A DNA stretch of 64,000 nt from NCBI RefSeq assembly GCF_963921235.1, contig NC_086103.1, forward strand, positions 162,192,001 to 162,256,000, read 5' to 3'. The stretch comes from Mobula hypostoma (taxonomy: Eukaryota). The notes under the pieces were generated by a model. It was not told where the DNA came from. It searched no databases and saw only the letters and a program-made list of their open reading frames with translations. Shown piece after piece: positions 50,041 through 63,502 of the stretch (the first letter of the stretch is position 1; each line of letters starts with the position of its first letter). The position numbers and the translations under genes were made by a program.

Positions 50041-50719
50041 GCACAAGATACCACAAGTGCTGAGATCTGAAGCAATGCACACCATACTGAAGGACATCAG
50101 CAGATCTGTGGAGAGAAATAGACATTTAACCTTTTGGTTCTGAAAGTCCCGATGAACAGTCTTGACCCAAAATGTCAGAATCAGAATCAGGTTTATTATC
50201 ACTGTCTGATAGGATCTGAAATTACAGTGATGAAATTACATCAAACTAGTATAAATTACAAAATAAATGAATAGTGCAAAAAATGACTAATGAGGTAATG
50301 TTCCTGAGTTGACTGTCAATTTCTCTCCATAGATGCTGCCTGAATTGCTGAGTTCCTCTAGCATGTTGTATGTTGGAGCAGAAAGCACACTGGTTTGGGG
50401 GAAAGGAAGAAATAAAGAGGAAAAAGAGGAAAAGGTACAAAGTTACTAATAAAAAAAATCACAGTATGAGTACTGGAAACACAAGTTTGGATACACACAA
50501 GAGTGCAGATGCTGGTAACTGTGGCAAATAAAAACTGATGACAAGCACCATATTTTGCCTGGGGCATAAAGATTGAATTCTCCAGTTTCAGTTAACCTTC
50601 TCCCACTATGTCACTTTCTCTCTCCTCCTGGTCTATCCTCACACACCAAACTCCCAGTATCTCTTCCCCCGCCCCCCAACTTCCCAGGTCCCTGACCCTG
50701 TTTCTTTCCCTACCATATA

Positions 50720-51360
50720 GCCTTCCAACTGGGTCTCCTCTCCAAATCGTCCAGCCGAGTCCCCTCTCCAAACCTTCCAGCCAGATCCCCTCTCCAAACC
50801 TTCCAGCCAGATCCCCTCTCCAATTCTTCCCGCTGGATTCCCTCTCTCACACTCTTCCAACTGGGTCTCCTCTCCAACTCTTCCAACTGAGTTCCCTCTC
50901 ACACATTCTTCCAACCGAGTCCCCTCTCCAAACCTTCAAATCAAGTTCCCTCTTCAAACCTTCGAATTGAGTTCCCTCTCCAAACCTTCGAATCGAGTCC
51001 CCTCTCCAACTCTTCCAGCTGGATTCCCCCTCTCACATTCTTCAACCCTTCCAACTGTGTCTCCTCTCCAACTCTTCTAACCGGGTCCTCTCTCCAGCTT
51101 TTCCGACTGGGAACCTTCTATCACACTCTTCCCGCTGTGTCCCCTCTCTCACACTCTTCCAACTTGGTCCATCTCCAACTCTTCCAACTGGGTGTCCTCT
51201 CCTAATCTTTCATCTGTATGTCCCCTCTCCAACACTTCCAACTGGGTCTCCATTCCAACACTTCCAACTGGATCTCTTCTCCAACTCTTCCATCTGGGTG
51301 TAATCTCTCACACTCATCCAACTGAATTCCCTCTCCAACTCTTCCAGTTGGGTTCCCTCA
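50720..51360. repeat. ~26-bp pyrimidine-rich minisatellite, ~24 diverged units
   Basis: Unit approximately cttccaactgggtctcctctccaact. Confidence 0.88.
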
Positions 51361-51849
51361 CCCCGCTGTCCCAATCTGCCTACACCACCTTCTTTATTTA
51401 GTTCCATGATCCACTTTCCTTCTGTAACAGGTTCCATCACCTGCAGCCCGTTATTACCTCCACTTGACACCTGCCAGCCTCTGTTGCTATTTCCACTTTT
51501 CCTTTCTCCTCCACCCTCCCCCATCTGAATCCACCTATTGCTTTCCAGCTCTGGCCCTACACCATGCCCTCACCTCTTCGCACTGGTTATTTCCCTTCGA
51601 CTTCTCAGGTGAAGGGTCTTGTCCTGAAATGTTGACTGTCTGTTTCCCTTTACTGATGCTGCTTCGTCCACTGTGCTCCTAGATATTAACAAGCCTCAGT
51701 TATGGCCTTGTTTTCTCAGAGGGAATATAGAGGGCTAGTTTCAACGGGTGAATCCACATAGACTATCACAAACACACTATAACAAACATTGCCCTACTGT
51801 TAATATTTTAAGACAAATTTCTGATGTTCTAGTGAACAATTTAAAGCTA

Positions 51850-52392
51850 CATTTAGTGGCCATTTTATTAAGTTAGTAAAGTAGCCACTGAGTGTATCTC
51901 CATGGTCTTCTGCTGCTGTAGTCCATCCACTTCAAGGGTTGACATGTTGTGCATTCCGAGATGCTTTTCTGCCCACTTCTGTTGTAATACTTGGTTATTT
52001 GAGTTACTGTCACCTTCCATCAGCTCAAACCACTCTGGCCATTCTCCTCTGGCCTCTCTCATTAATCGGGTGTTTTTGTCCACAGAACTGCCACTCACTA
52101 GATGATCTTCTGTTTTTTGCACCATTCTCTGTAAACTCTAGAGACTGTTGTGCGTGGAAATTCCAGATCATCAGCAGTTTCTGAGATACTGAAACCACCC
52201 TGTCTGGCTCCTAACAATCACTCCACAGTCAAAGTCACAGATCACATTTCTTCCCCTGTTCTGAACAACAACTGAGTCTCTTGACCGTATATGCATGCTT
52301 TTATTCATTGAGTTGCTGCCACATGATTGGTTGATTAGATTGACTGATTTGCATGATTGAACAGGTGTACCTAATAAAGTGGTCACTGTGTG
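51850..52392 (-). mobile_element. non-autonomous Tc1 element, third copy (partial fourth at ~53720-53952)
   Basis: TIR ...ggtgtacctaataaagtggtcactgtgtg. Confidence 0.85.
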
Positions 52393-52571
52393 AAAATTTC
52401 CTGCAGGGAAACCGATGGAGTTAGGTTTAGGCTTTTTGTTACAGTATATTCTATTTTTGTTCACATGATATGGCAAGCATTTATGATCCATCTATATTTC
52501 CCCCAAGGCAGGTGAAAATCAATCATATTGTTGAGTCTGCAATCATAGATAGTCTGTGTAGGAAAGGCAGA

Positions 52572-52782
52572 AGAAGAAAGCACTTAACTCCGAGTGGAGT
52601 CATCAGGACGCCATCATGACGGCGTTTTTTTAGCAGGCTTTCTTATTTTTACAAGGCCGAGTTGCTAGCTTGATGCTCAACCCAGCATGGATGGAAAGCG
52701 TGCAAGGGAGCCAGCTGGATTCGAACTCAGGAGTCTTCGCTCCAAAGTCCAGCACTGATGCCACTACGCCACTAGCCAGCTT
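52572..52782 (-). mobile_element. tRNA-derived SINE with (TTC)n RTE-type tail
   Basis: A box TGGCGTAGTGG, B box GTTCGAATCC; 11-bp TSD GGAAAGGCAGA (52561-52571, 52783-52793). Confidence 0.85.
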
Positions 52783-54129
52783 GGAAAGGCAGATACCTTC
52801 CCTAAATTCTAGATGAGCTTTTGTAACAATTAGCTCATTTAATGACCATGAATATTGATTTTACATGTATAGTGAGGGTTAATCTCATACAATTTCAATT
52901 AAATTTCTTATTGAATATGAAGACACATTTTTCTAAAATCTCAGAAGTAAGATAAAAATTGGATTATTAATATTCATAGTCCAGTTGTCATGGTCTCAGA
53001 TTTATGATGACTGAATAATTAATACAATATTTTTATTAAGACTATTGAGAGATTGTTATTGTTGCTTACCCCAATATTTACAAACGTAAAACTAAACCAC
53101 TTGAGTTAATTGATCCCTTCCAAAGCAATGCATTGTATAGGATTTTGTCTTCTGTCTCTTATGTTGCCGAGCACTATTCTGCTTTGAGACATAAAAGCAT
53201 CGTCAGAAATTCAGCATCAATAATACTTTGAAAAATCTCAACAAATGTTCACAAGATGAATTGAGAAGGATATTCTAAAATAATCGATCATCATTTTTCT
53301 TTAGAGAATCATGCAAACAATTTGTTATTTCATGTAAATTTGCAGTTTTTAAAATCATCAATATTTTTAACTTATTAAACTCTACTGTATCTGTGTTAAC
53401 GTCTAAAAATATAGTGAATGTTCACGGGTACTTTAGAGTGAAAGGTGAAATGGTTAAGGGGTATCTGAGAGAGAGCTCCTTCACCCACAGGGTTTTGCAA
53501 GTGCAGAAGTAACCTGCCGGGAAAGTGGTAGATGTGGGTTTAATTACAAAATTTAAGAGAATTTTGGATATGCATGTGGATGGACGGGGTTTACAAGGAT
53601 ATGTTCCAGGTGCAGGTGGATGGGACTAAGCAGGTCAGGTTGGAATGGACTAGATGCCCCAAAGAGCCTGTTTCTGTGCTGTAATATTCTATGATTCTAT
53701 TGCTCTATACTGTCAGGCTAAGATCTCAGCAGTTTCTGAGATAGTCAAACCAGGCACCAACGAACATTCCACGGTCAAAGTCACTGGGTCATATTTCTTC
53801 CCCATTCTGATGTTGGGTCTGAACAACAGCTGAACCTCTTGATCATGCCTGCATGCTTTTATGTATTGAGTTGCTGCCACATGATTGGCTGATTAGATAT
53901 TTGATTTAACGAGAAGGTGTACAGGTGCATCTAATAAAGTGGCCACTGAGTGTAAATTTAAATACTATATACTTACGCTTTCTGACCTGCAGAACATTTC
54001 TATCATTTTGTTTTTAACATCAGGTCTCTACCACGTGCAGCATTCTGCTATCAGGCTACTCAAAAGGAGTTTGTGTAACCTTTCATCGTCGCTTAATATT
54101 TTCACAATTTTATCAATGCATTGGAGAGC

Positions 54130-54945
54130 ACGTCCTCTGAACTACAATCCTGTGAGCCTAACATCAATGATGGGTAAGTTACTGAAGGGTGAGACAGGAA
54201 AGCATTTAGGAAAGTTAAACCAGGGCAGGACTTACACTCTGAACAACAGGCCCCTGGGGAGTGTTGTAGAGCTGAGACCCAGCGTAGAAGTACAGTACTG
54301 GCAAAAGTCTTGGGCTTATCATGGAGTGAACCTCATTGCCATTTACAGTACTGTGGATATGGCATTCTTGTTTTCACCTGACAAAGCACTGAGTACCAGA
54401 CTTGGTGTATTGTGTTGCAACTGTATAGGATGTTGGTGATACTACAGCTGCAATTTTGTGTGCCTTTCTGGTCACCAAGCTACGTGCAGGAAGCCCATGA
54501 TTAAGGGAGAGGGGCAATCTGAAAAGATTCACAAGGATTTTGCCAAGACTAGTCTCTCCTTAAGTTACAAGTAGAGACTATTTATTCTGGAATGTAGATG
54601 AGGTTTATAAAATCCTGAGGGGCGTAGTCTTTTTCCCAGGATAGGGGAGTCAAAAACTAGAGCACATAGGTTCAAGGTGAGTGAGGAAAGATTTAAAAGG
54701 GTCCAGAGGAGCAAGTTTTTCACACAGGCGATAGAAGGCATGTAGGAAGATCTGACAGAGAAAGTGGTTGTGAAGGATACAGTTACAGTGTTTAGAGGAA
54801 ATTTTCACATGTTCATGGATAGGAAAAATTCAGAGAGATATGGACCTGATACATGCAAATTGGACTCGCTCAGAAAGGCCCCATGGCTGGCATAGACACC
54901 TTGTGCTGGAGGGCCTGTTTCTGTGCTGTATATAACCATGACTCC
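54130..54945 (+). mobile_element. degenerate CR1 LINE
   Basis: NYNPVSLTSMMGKLL; CR1 3' tail. Confidence 0.75.
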
Positions 54946-55509
54946 AATTCTAATTGAAAGAGCAGACTTCCTTGAAATGAATGAGTTAGCAGTATCAGTA
55001 GAAATAAAAGAATCAAAAAATTCCTTCAAATCCATCAATCAGTTAAAGTTGAGAGGCTATAAAGGTTGTTTTCAAGGGGAAATGTCTCAGTAGTTGTAGG
55101 AAGGAATAATCTTCTGCGTTTGATGTTCAGGTGAATTGTGGAGAGGAATGTGTGCGTTAATGTACTATTCTCTATCCATCATATTAAAAATAAAAGCAGT
55201 TTCAGTGTTCAAGGTTCAAAGTAAATTTATTGTCGAAGAGGTTCATTTTCTAAACATTAGGCTCCATTTATATTATATAACAGAAGCATTGCATTGCACA
55301 CACCATGCATTCAAAGTTGGAACCATATTTTCTGATTTGTCGTGTATTTGATTTCCCCTGTGCTTTTGATCCTGATGTGGACACTCCTACAACAAAGCCA
55401 ATCTTTGGGTTGTAAGGTCTTATATCTCCGCAAACAACCATTATATGAATATACGTCAGCAGTTACTCACAACCCAGACTCATTACTTTTCTTTCTATTT
55501 CTCTTTCTT

Positions 55510-56950
55510 AGACCATAAAACCATAAGACATGGGGATGAAATTAGGCCATTTGGCCTACTGAGAATGGTCCGCCATTCTGTCATGGCTGATTTATTGTCC
55601 CGCTCAATCCCCTTCCGGTAAGATGGCGGCGCGCTCTGACACAGCAATCACTCCGGGTTCAATCAAAGGTGTGCTTGTTCATCCTGTATGTTTCTTTCAT
55701 GATCGCAAGTCGCTGCTGGAAACCAAGAACATCAATAATGCAGGACCATCCCATCGGCGAGTTGCTTGATAGTGACAGAGCTGGACTTACTGTGTGCCGT
55801 TGTGTCATTGCCTGGACTTGTTGCGTACTGTTGTGCCGAGGTGGGGTGTGCGGTCCCAAAAAAAAGCCGCGAGTGATTGTCTGGGATGCTTTCACTGTCA
55901 TCGCAAGACCCTGTTGGACACAGAGTACTGAAAGTTCAGTTCACTGGTTCATTGGTGTGACCAATGGGGGAGTTGTTTTGCCTCGGTTGTTGTGCGGATA
56001 AAGCCCCCATGCCTCGGAGTTGCCGGTTGTGGTCACCGGCAAAGGAGGCACTGGTGCTGGCTGCACGCCACTGGATTTTGTATTGGGTTGGGGCTGGCAC
56101 CTACCTTTGGTGCTGCCCTCCAGTGCCTGCTTGGTGCTGATCTCTGATGCTTATTCAGTGCTGCCCTCTGGTGTTCGCTTGGTGGAAGAACTAGCAGGAC
56201 AACTCAGGGACTTGGGTTATATATCTTTTTCTCTTTGTAACTGTATGTATTCTAAAATTGTCACCATGCATGCTATTTATGCTGTGTGCTGTGTGCTGTT
56301 GGTAACGTGTTTTGGTACTTAGCCCCAGAGGAATGCTGTTTCATTTGGCTATGTTCATGTATAGTTGCATGATAATTACACTTGAAACTTGTGTTGTCCC
56401 CATGACTTGCGATGCCCTTTCTAATCAAGAACCTATCAATCTCTGCTTTAATTATACCCAATGACTTGCCCTCCACAGCAGTCCATGGCAATGAATTCCA
56501 CAGATTCACCACCCTCCGGATAAAGAAATTCCTCCTCATCTCTTTTCTAAAGGGACATCCCTGTATTCTGAGTCTTGCCCTCTGATCCCAGACTCCCTGA
56601 CGATAGGAAACACCATCTCCATGTTCACTCTGCCCAGGCCTTTCAGTATTTGATAGGTTTCAATGAGATCCCAAGTCCCTCTGCACTTCTGATTTCTGAA
56701 TTTTCTCCCTGTTTAGAAAGTAGTCTTTGCCTTTATTCCCACTACAGAAATGCATGACCATACATTTCCATATACTATATTCCATCTGTCATTTCTTTGG
56801 CCACTCTCCTAATCTGCTTTCTCAACACCACCTGCCCCTCCACTGATCTTTGTATCATCTGCAAACTTGGCCACAAAGCTCTAAATTCCATCGTCCAGAT
56901 CACTGACATATAACGTTGAAAGCAATGGCCCCAGTACCGACTCCTGCAGA
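55510..56950 (-). mobile_element. CR1 fragment split by a ~780-bp plus-strand insertion (~55612-56391)
   Basis: CR1 3' end reads through across the insertion. Confidence 0.7.
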
Positions 56951-57542
56951 ACCCCCTTCTTCTATTCTCTTACTTCGGAAACTACTCTTTCTATTTCTCA
57001 TACTTCTCTTTCTATTTCAGTATTATTTATTTGCTTTATTTATTATTATTATCATTTTTGTATTTGCACAGTTTGTCATCTTTTGCATCTTGGTTGTTTG
57101 TCAGTATTTTTTGTGTGCAGTTCTGATTGATTCTATGACATGTTCTACTGTGAATGCCTGCAGGAAAATGAATCTCACGGTAGTATATGGAGATGTACAT
57201 ATACATTGACAATAATTTACTTTGACTTGCTATTTGGCAACCTCATTCATTTTAAGATATAGGAGCATAAGTAGGCCATTTGGCCCATCGAGTCTGCTCT
57301 GTCATTTCATCATGGCTGATCCATTTCCCTCTCAGTCCCAATCTTCTGCCTTCTCCCCGTATCCCTTCACACCTTGACTAATCAAGAATCTATCAACCTC
57401 TGCCTTAAATATACCCAATGACTTAGCCTCCACAGCCACCTGTGGCAATGAATTCCATAGACTCACCACTCTCTGGCTAAATAAATTCCTCCTCACCTCT
57501 GTTTCAAATGGACATCCCTCCATCGTCAACATGCTACTAATC

Positions 57543-57622
57543 CAGAGGTTCCAAAACTTTTTAAAGCCATGGACCAATGCCACTAAGCAAGGCATCCATG
57601 GACCCCTGGTTGGGAACCCCTG
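57543..57622. mobile_element. 80-bp hAT-Charlie MITE
   Basis: TIRs CAGAGGTTCCAAAAC / CAGGGGTTCCCAACC; 8-bp TSD TACTAATC. Confidence 0.85.
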
Positions 57623-59544
57623 TACTAATCCAAACAAGAGAGAATCTGCAGATGCTGGAAATCCAAGCAACACACACAAAATGCTGGAGGAACTCAGCAG
57701 GCAAGGCAGCATCTATGGAAAAAAGTACCGTTGACATTTCAGGCCCAAAACATCAACTGTACTTTTCTCCATAGATGCTGCCTGGCCTGCTGAGCTCGTC
57801 CAGCATTTTGTGCGTGTTACCTGTACTAATCCACATGAGTTTCAGCTAAACAATAGCAGATATTAGAACAATTTCTCTTACTATCTTTATCCCGTGAACA
57901 GCACACATGGATTTAAGGGGGAGTGGTTAACCTATAATGGAGTTGCAGGTTATACTGATTGGGATGAATGAATTAGGTGGGAGTGATCATGGATCAGATG
58001 GACAGAATGTAATTCCATGAGACCACTATAATTTCTGTCTGTTTTAATGGATAAACAATAGTCACACTCTCTGCCCCATTGGGCATTATGTGCCAGAAAG
58101 ATCAGAGGCTGCAGAACAAATGACTTTCTTCAATAGTTGACTATGTGCCACATACTCAGCTATTTTACATAATGCCTCTGTTAATGATAAACTATTAAAT
58201 GCTCAGTCACGGAGATCAGCCAGCATTTGATAAACGTGAATTCCCCTATAGCAAGGTCAACCACAGAAGGTTATTACAGTATCCATGGAATCCAAACAAA
58301 CCTTATTAAGTGACACAAACTGTCCTACCATTAGCATCCAGGCATTATCCTTTTAAAGTTCAGGACTCATCCAGGAGAGACACTATTACACCTTCTGAAT
58401 TGGAATTAAAGTTGATGAAGACTGTGTTCTCAGAATTAGATGAGAAAGAAGAACGACATTCTAGTTCTTTCAAAGAAAAATGATCTGTGCCTAAGGTCAG
58501 TGAATATGCTTTGAACAAGACCTTAATAAATAATTGGAGAAAAATAAATGGGAAAAGTTTATCAGTACTGTTTCAGATTAACACTCGCAGTTCTGTGTTA
58601 TAGCTGAGGAAACTTTTTTTTAATTGATTGTTCAAATTCAGTGAGTGGTATAATTTGTATTTGACACTAAAGTTTGGAAGGTAGACTTATTTTTGAACTT
58701 CCTTGGATGTAGGGCAGAGCTATTTCTTGTTCAAATTGGCTTAAGAAAGTGGTGATTGGTTTTCCGCATCAATTCAATAGTTTTTTTTAACAATTTTAGG
58801 AAAAGTTAGCTGCATCAAATGTAGTCAAACATTGAACCAATCAGGAAAAGATGACCAGGTTACTTCTTCACGGAGTATTGTGATACCTTTCCCCCTCAAT
58901 TCACTAGCTCTTTGTATAGTTTTACTAATTTCCATATGTTAATATACGAGTATGTGGCCGTGAACATGAGGTTGATTAGATTAGATTAGATTATGAGGAC
59001 ACTCAGTCCTCGTTTATTGTCATTGAGAAATACATGCATGATGACTGCTCGAATGGCTACCTTCATACAAATAGATTTTACAGTATCTGAAAATGTGGCT
59101 TAATAGCAAACATTTCTCTAATTGCGTCATTTCCAGAAGTTTCTTCAATAGCCAAAGGTTAAGGGTGCAAGACATGGCTAGTAATTACCTATGGATCTCT
59201 TGCTAGCCGTGGCATAGTGGGAAGAGAAAGAATGCAGAGATTAGGGAAATATGAGTCATAATGGAACATTTTAATCTTTCCATCTGGGAGAAATAGACTG
59301 GTCTGAATAGCAAAGGCATCAAACTTTTAGAATACATTTAGATGTCTTTGTAGAACAACATTATCTTGGAGCCAAAACACTGAATGAGAATCCAAAAGAA
59401 AACATATTGCAGTATTGGAAACCTGAAGTAAGCTGCACCACCAGACTCAAGGACAACTTCTACCCTACTGTTATCAGACTCTTTTATGATAATCTACCTC
59501 GTTATGATCATGCACTTGATTGTCTACCTGGACTGCATACTTTT

Positions 59545-59900
59545 GGTAGGTTCCTTAAGGTTGTTATAACCTTGGGTGGTAATCAGGACAGGGTCTGACT
59601 ACCTATGAAATGCTCTCAATGACGTGTGCCTCAATTAGCGTCTAACAAGCAAGACCAGCTCCTGGCCTTCATGTCTGCCTTAGCTACTAAACCCAGCAGA
59701 ACCATTTCTACTGACAGGAGATGAGCAAAGGTGAGTTGCCGGCATCTTAAAACCAGTGACTTCAGGCAGATGGGGCTTGTCAGCCATGGGTGGCAGCTCA
59801 TCTAGGAGAAGGAAAACTCAGATCTCAAACCTCCCCTGCCTTGTGGCTATACCCACTCATGGACTCATGGGGAAGGCTTCAGGAGTAAACCCCAAGGCAG
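59545..59900 (+). mobile_element. RTE-like 5' region fragment
   Basis: ggcagctcatctaggagaaggaaaactcagatctcaaacc resembles RTE 5' regions from memory. Confidence 0.45.
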
Positions 59901-62064
59901 TCCTATGTTGAGTTCAACGCTGATGGGCAACTTCCGCACGTCTCTGGTGCCAAACTGTATCGGTCTGCTGTTCCTTTGGGTTCATCAGGTGCACAGAGAG
60001 GAGGATTCTGGGAGTCTGCTACATGGGCAACAGCTTGGTCTCGATATCCTTCTGTCCTGGCTTGTGTATCTAGACAGCTGGATGGAGCATTCATGTTCAA
60101 CACTGACCAACGAGGCCTCAGACTCTTTTGGTATCTTTTACCCTTTATTCTGCATTGTTACTGTTTTACCTTGTTCTAGCTCAATGCATTGTGTAATGAT
60201 TTGATCTCCATGAACAGTATGCAAGACAAGATTTTCACTGTACTTTGGTACAGACAGCAATAATAAACCAATATCAAAATGCTGGAAATACTTGGCAGGT
60301 CTGTGGAGAGTAAGAGAGAAAAAAAATAATGTTTCAATTGATGATTGCAAACACAGCTTTCAGATAAAAAGTCACCATCCTAAAACTTTAATCTTGTTTC
60401 TCTCTCCACAGATGCTGCCTGGCCTGCTGAAGGTTGAATTATTTCTATTGTACTAGTTTTAGTACATCTATGAAAAGTTTTGTCTGCACTCTTTCAAAGT
60501 AGCCATTTAAAATAGATTATGCAACAAGGTTTAGTGGTGAATAAAATGGACAGCAGTATGACAGGGAGGGTGCATCATAGGAAGGCTGATGACAACATGG
60601 AGATTGACTTTGCTGTTAGATTTAACAGGTCAAAGCGTAAATGGCAAGGTGTTGCATTCAAGCAAAGCAGATTTGAACAGAGTAAGAAATAAACTGATAT
60701 TGATAAACCAGACTAAACTATTAATAAATAAATAACATGTGTAGAAAGTATTCCAAGCACTTTATAACACAAATCCTAAAAGCAAAGGGTCTACGTGTAA
60801 ACTTATGATCAAATGATGTATACAACAATCCAAACTGAAGCTAAACCTCAAACAGTAAAAGCTTCATGCATTCATTTAAAAATAAGAAATGTGTATTCAT
60901 TAAAAACTAAATTCATTGAGACTTTTTAACAAAAAGAAAATTGATTTTTCTGGATTAGTATTTTGTTTAGTGGAGAAGTAGATTAAATACCAACACTGCG
61001 ATGTACTGTATTAGTTAAGTAATAGTTAAGTATAGCAATATAAGCAAAAAGGAGGAAAATTTAGGCTAACATTTAATTGAAAGATGCAATGTTATGGAAT
61101 ATTTTGGTATCGGCCAAAATGCATTTTTCTTGTTATTGCTTTATGATTTACAGTATGCTACTGAAAATAACAAATAGTAATGGAAAATAGATAGGACAGT
61201 TATTTAGAATTTCTTGACAAGTAGAGAGATTTTACATCATAGAAGTCCTTTATACAAATCCACAATTCTCAAAATTCTGTTCAGTAGCGGCAGTACATAC
61301 TGACCTAAGAGTCGATCAATGCATCAAAATTTAATTCCTTTCATGTCCTTGTATTAGTACATTAATGATAAAATTTTGTCTGCATTTTACTTTAAAATAA
61401 ATTATTTTACGAATGAAGCAAAATAGCGTTGCCAACAACCAGCAGGCTAGAGCAGGAGCACAGATTCAAAAGAACTTTATTGTGTTGATTTAAAAAAATG
61501 CTTAGTGGAGAGTTCTGAAATCCCACTGCAGTGATTGGTCATGAAAATACCCTTTTAAACTATAAGCTTAAGCTTGATAGTAGTATGCTGCTCCTATCAG
61601 AGAGTTAAGGTCTTAATATCTGTGATATATGCTTATTAGATTTTGAGCATATGTGTTTCTGGTAAACTGCTAGAATTTATTAGGTATAAAATTTCAGTGT
61701 TTAGGTAGTAATTGCCAATCCCTCAGTTTTATTGCAGCAAATATCCTGTCTGCTGATTGCTGACAAAAAAATGAGAAGCACAACTGCTTGATCATTCTGA
61801 TAGAGTTTACCGAAAGGATGAAAATAACTTAGATATGGGAATAACCTCAGCATTATCATAAACACAGGAGATTTTTCAAATGCCAGAGCAGCAAACACGA
61901 TATGCTGAAGGAACTTAGATGGTCTGGCAGCATCTATGGAGAGGAATAAAGGGTCTCCTGATGAGGGGTCTCAAGCTGAAACATTAAGTGTTTAGCCCTC
62001 TCTATAAATGTTGCCCGACCTGCTGAGTTCCTCCAGCATTTTGTGCCTGTTGCTCAGTGTTATT

Positions 62065-62352
62065 ATATTTTATTTATATATTTATTACAGATACAGCATG
62101 GAACAGGCTGCTCTGGCCTAACGAGCCACCTATTTAACACTAGCCTAATCACAGGACAATTTACAATGGCCAATTAATCTAGAAACCAGTAGGTCTTTGG
62201 ACTGTGGGAGGAAACTGGAGCACCCGGAGGAAACCCTCGCGGTTCATGGGAAGAACGTACAAACTGCTTACAGATGGCTCTGTGATTGAACTTTGAACTC
62301 CAGAATGCCACTTGCTAAGTCACATCTTGCCATTCACTACACTATGATGGTG
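62065..62352 (-). mobile_element. V-SINE (HE1-like), second copy
   Basis: gtgggaggaaactggagcacccggaggaaaccc V-domain (plus-strand text). Confidence 0.8.
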
Positions 62353-63157
62353 CTGATTGGGTTCACTAATGTTTATATTATTATCTGGTTTGGGGTTTGA
62401 TATTCCAGCTGCCAATTTCCCTGCGGGCAATCTGTTTGATTTTTTTGTTTAAGGGAGGGTGTGGGGGATTTAGGGTTTGCTAGTTTTGTTTCTCTTTCAT
62501 GCAGTTGGAGGGGGGTGGGGGTTGATGTCTTTTCTTTCAACAGTTCCCTTGGCCTTTCTGTACATGGCTACCTGGAGAAGATGAATATCAGAGCTGTATT
62601 GTACATGCATACTTTGACAATAAAATGATCCTTTTGAACCCTCCTTTCAGAAAATCATTGCTATCATATTCAATACTTAATTTAATTTCCTTCTAGATTC
62701 TTTTCCAAGTAAAGGTATTGTTGCTGTGAGCTTTTTCCAATTTATCAATCCACAGGTTTCTGCTTAGTAGAGCAGATTGCAGTGTTAAGCAATGTACAGA
62801 AGGTTCACAATGCATTTTAATTGTACCTTCAAGGTATTAGCAACCCCAGAGATACTTTTCCTTTCCTATACCAATATTCTCTGCTTATACCAGGGGCAGA
62901 ATTGTAGAATTGCCAGCTGGGAGCTGCAATGCTGTGGACCCCTACAAGAATGCACGAGCTGCTAAGCTCACTAATGGTCAATGCTGACAATTACTCAGTT
63001 CTCATAAGAACTGTATCAATTAGTCATGATCTCCAAAGGTGAAGAATCAATGTACAAGACCAACATTCACTTTGTCCATTAGATTTTCAACATGAATTCT
63101 CATATTATGTTTTGGTAATTCGTATTACTTTACAAGTTAAAAGACGTACATCACAGT

Positions 63158-63502
63158 CTTTCTTCTTGGTGCCCATTACACCGTTGGCATTTAGGGCAGC
63201 ATTTAAGGTCCTCCATCTCTGTCTGTCCATACCATCACACACATATATAGGATTCTTTATTGCTGTTTCCGTAACCATTTTTTTGGACCCGTAAGTGTTG
63301 TTAGCCCTGGTCTGAACACCCGAACCTGGAGGGCCGGTGGAGGATCACTCTAGCCAGGCCTCTACCCTTTGACCTGTTTGGCATGGGTGACCCTACCAAC
63401 AGCCAAAGCACAAAGCCCTGACTCCAGCCAACATAGATCTCCAGGTCACTGAGGCACGCAAGCCTCCAAACCCTACGGCAAGGTTGTAGTCCTCTTGGAG
63501 GA
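63158..63502 (-). mobile_element. RTE-derived non-autonomous element
   Basis: (GAA)n tail and tggtagggtcacccatgcc motif. Confidence 0.5.

Noticed and set aside
50608-50970. Pro/Ser-rich 120-aa ORF
   Set aside because: Translation of the minisatellite
52708-52780. tRNA gene
   Set aside because: It is a SINE head: it continues into a body and tail and is bounded by an 11-bp TSD
53939-54439. 166-aa ORF
   Set aside because: Chance read-through from a Tc1 end into degenerate CR1
55669-56322. ORFs of 110 and 100 aa, or a USP35 first exon
   Set aside because: No recognisable homology, non-ATG starts, inside an insertion that splits a CR1
61951-61990. Active hammerhead ribozyme
   Set aside because: Core CUGAUGA/GAAA is present but stems I and III no longer pair
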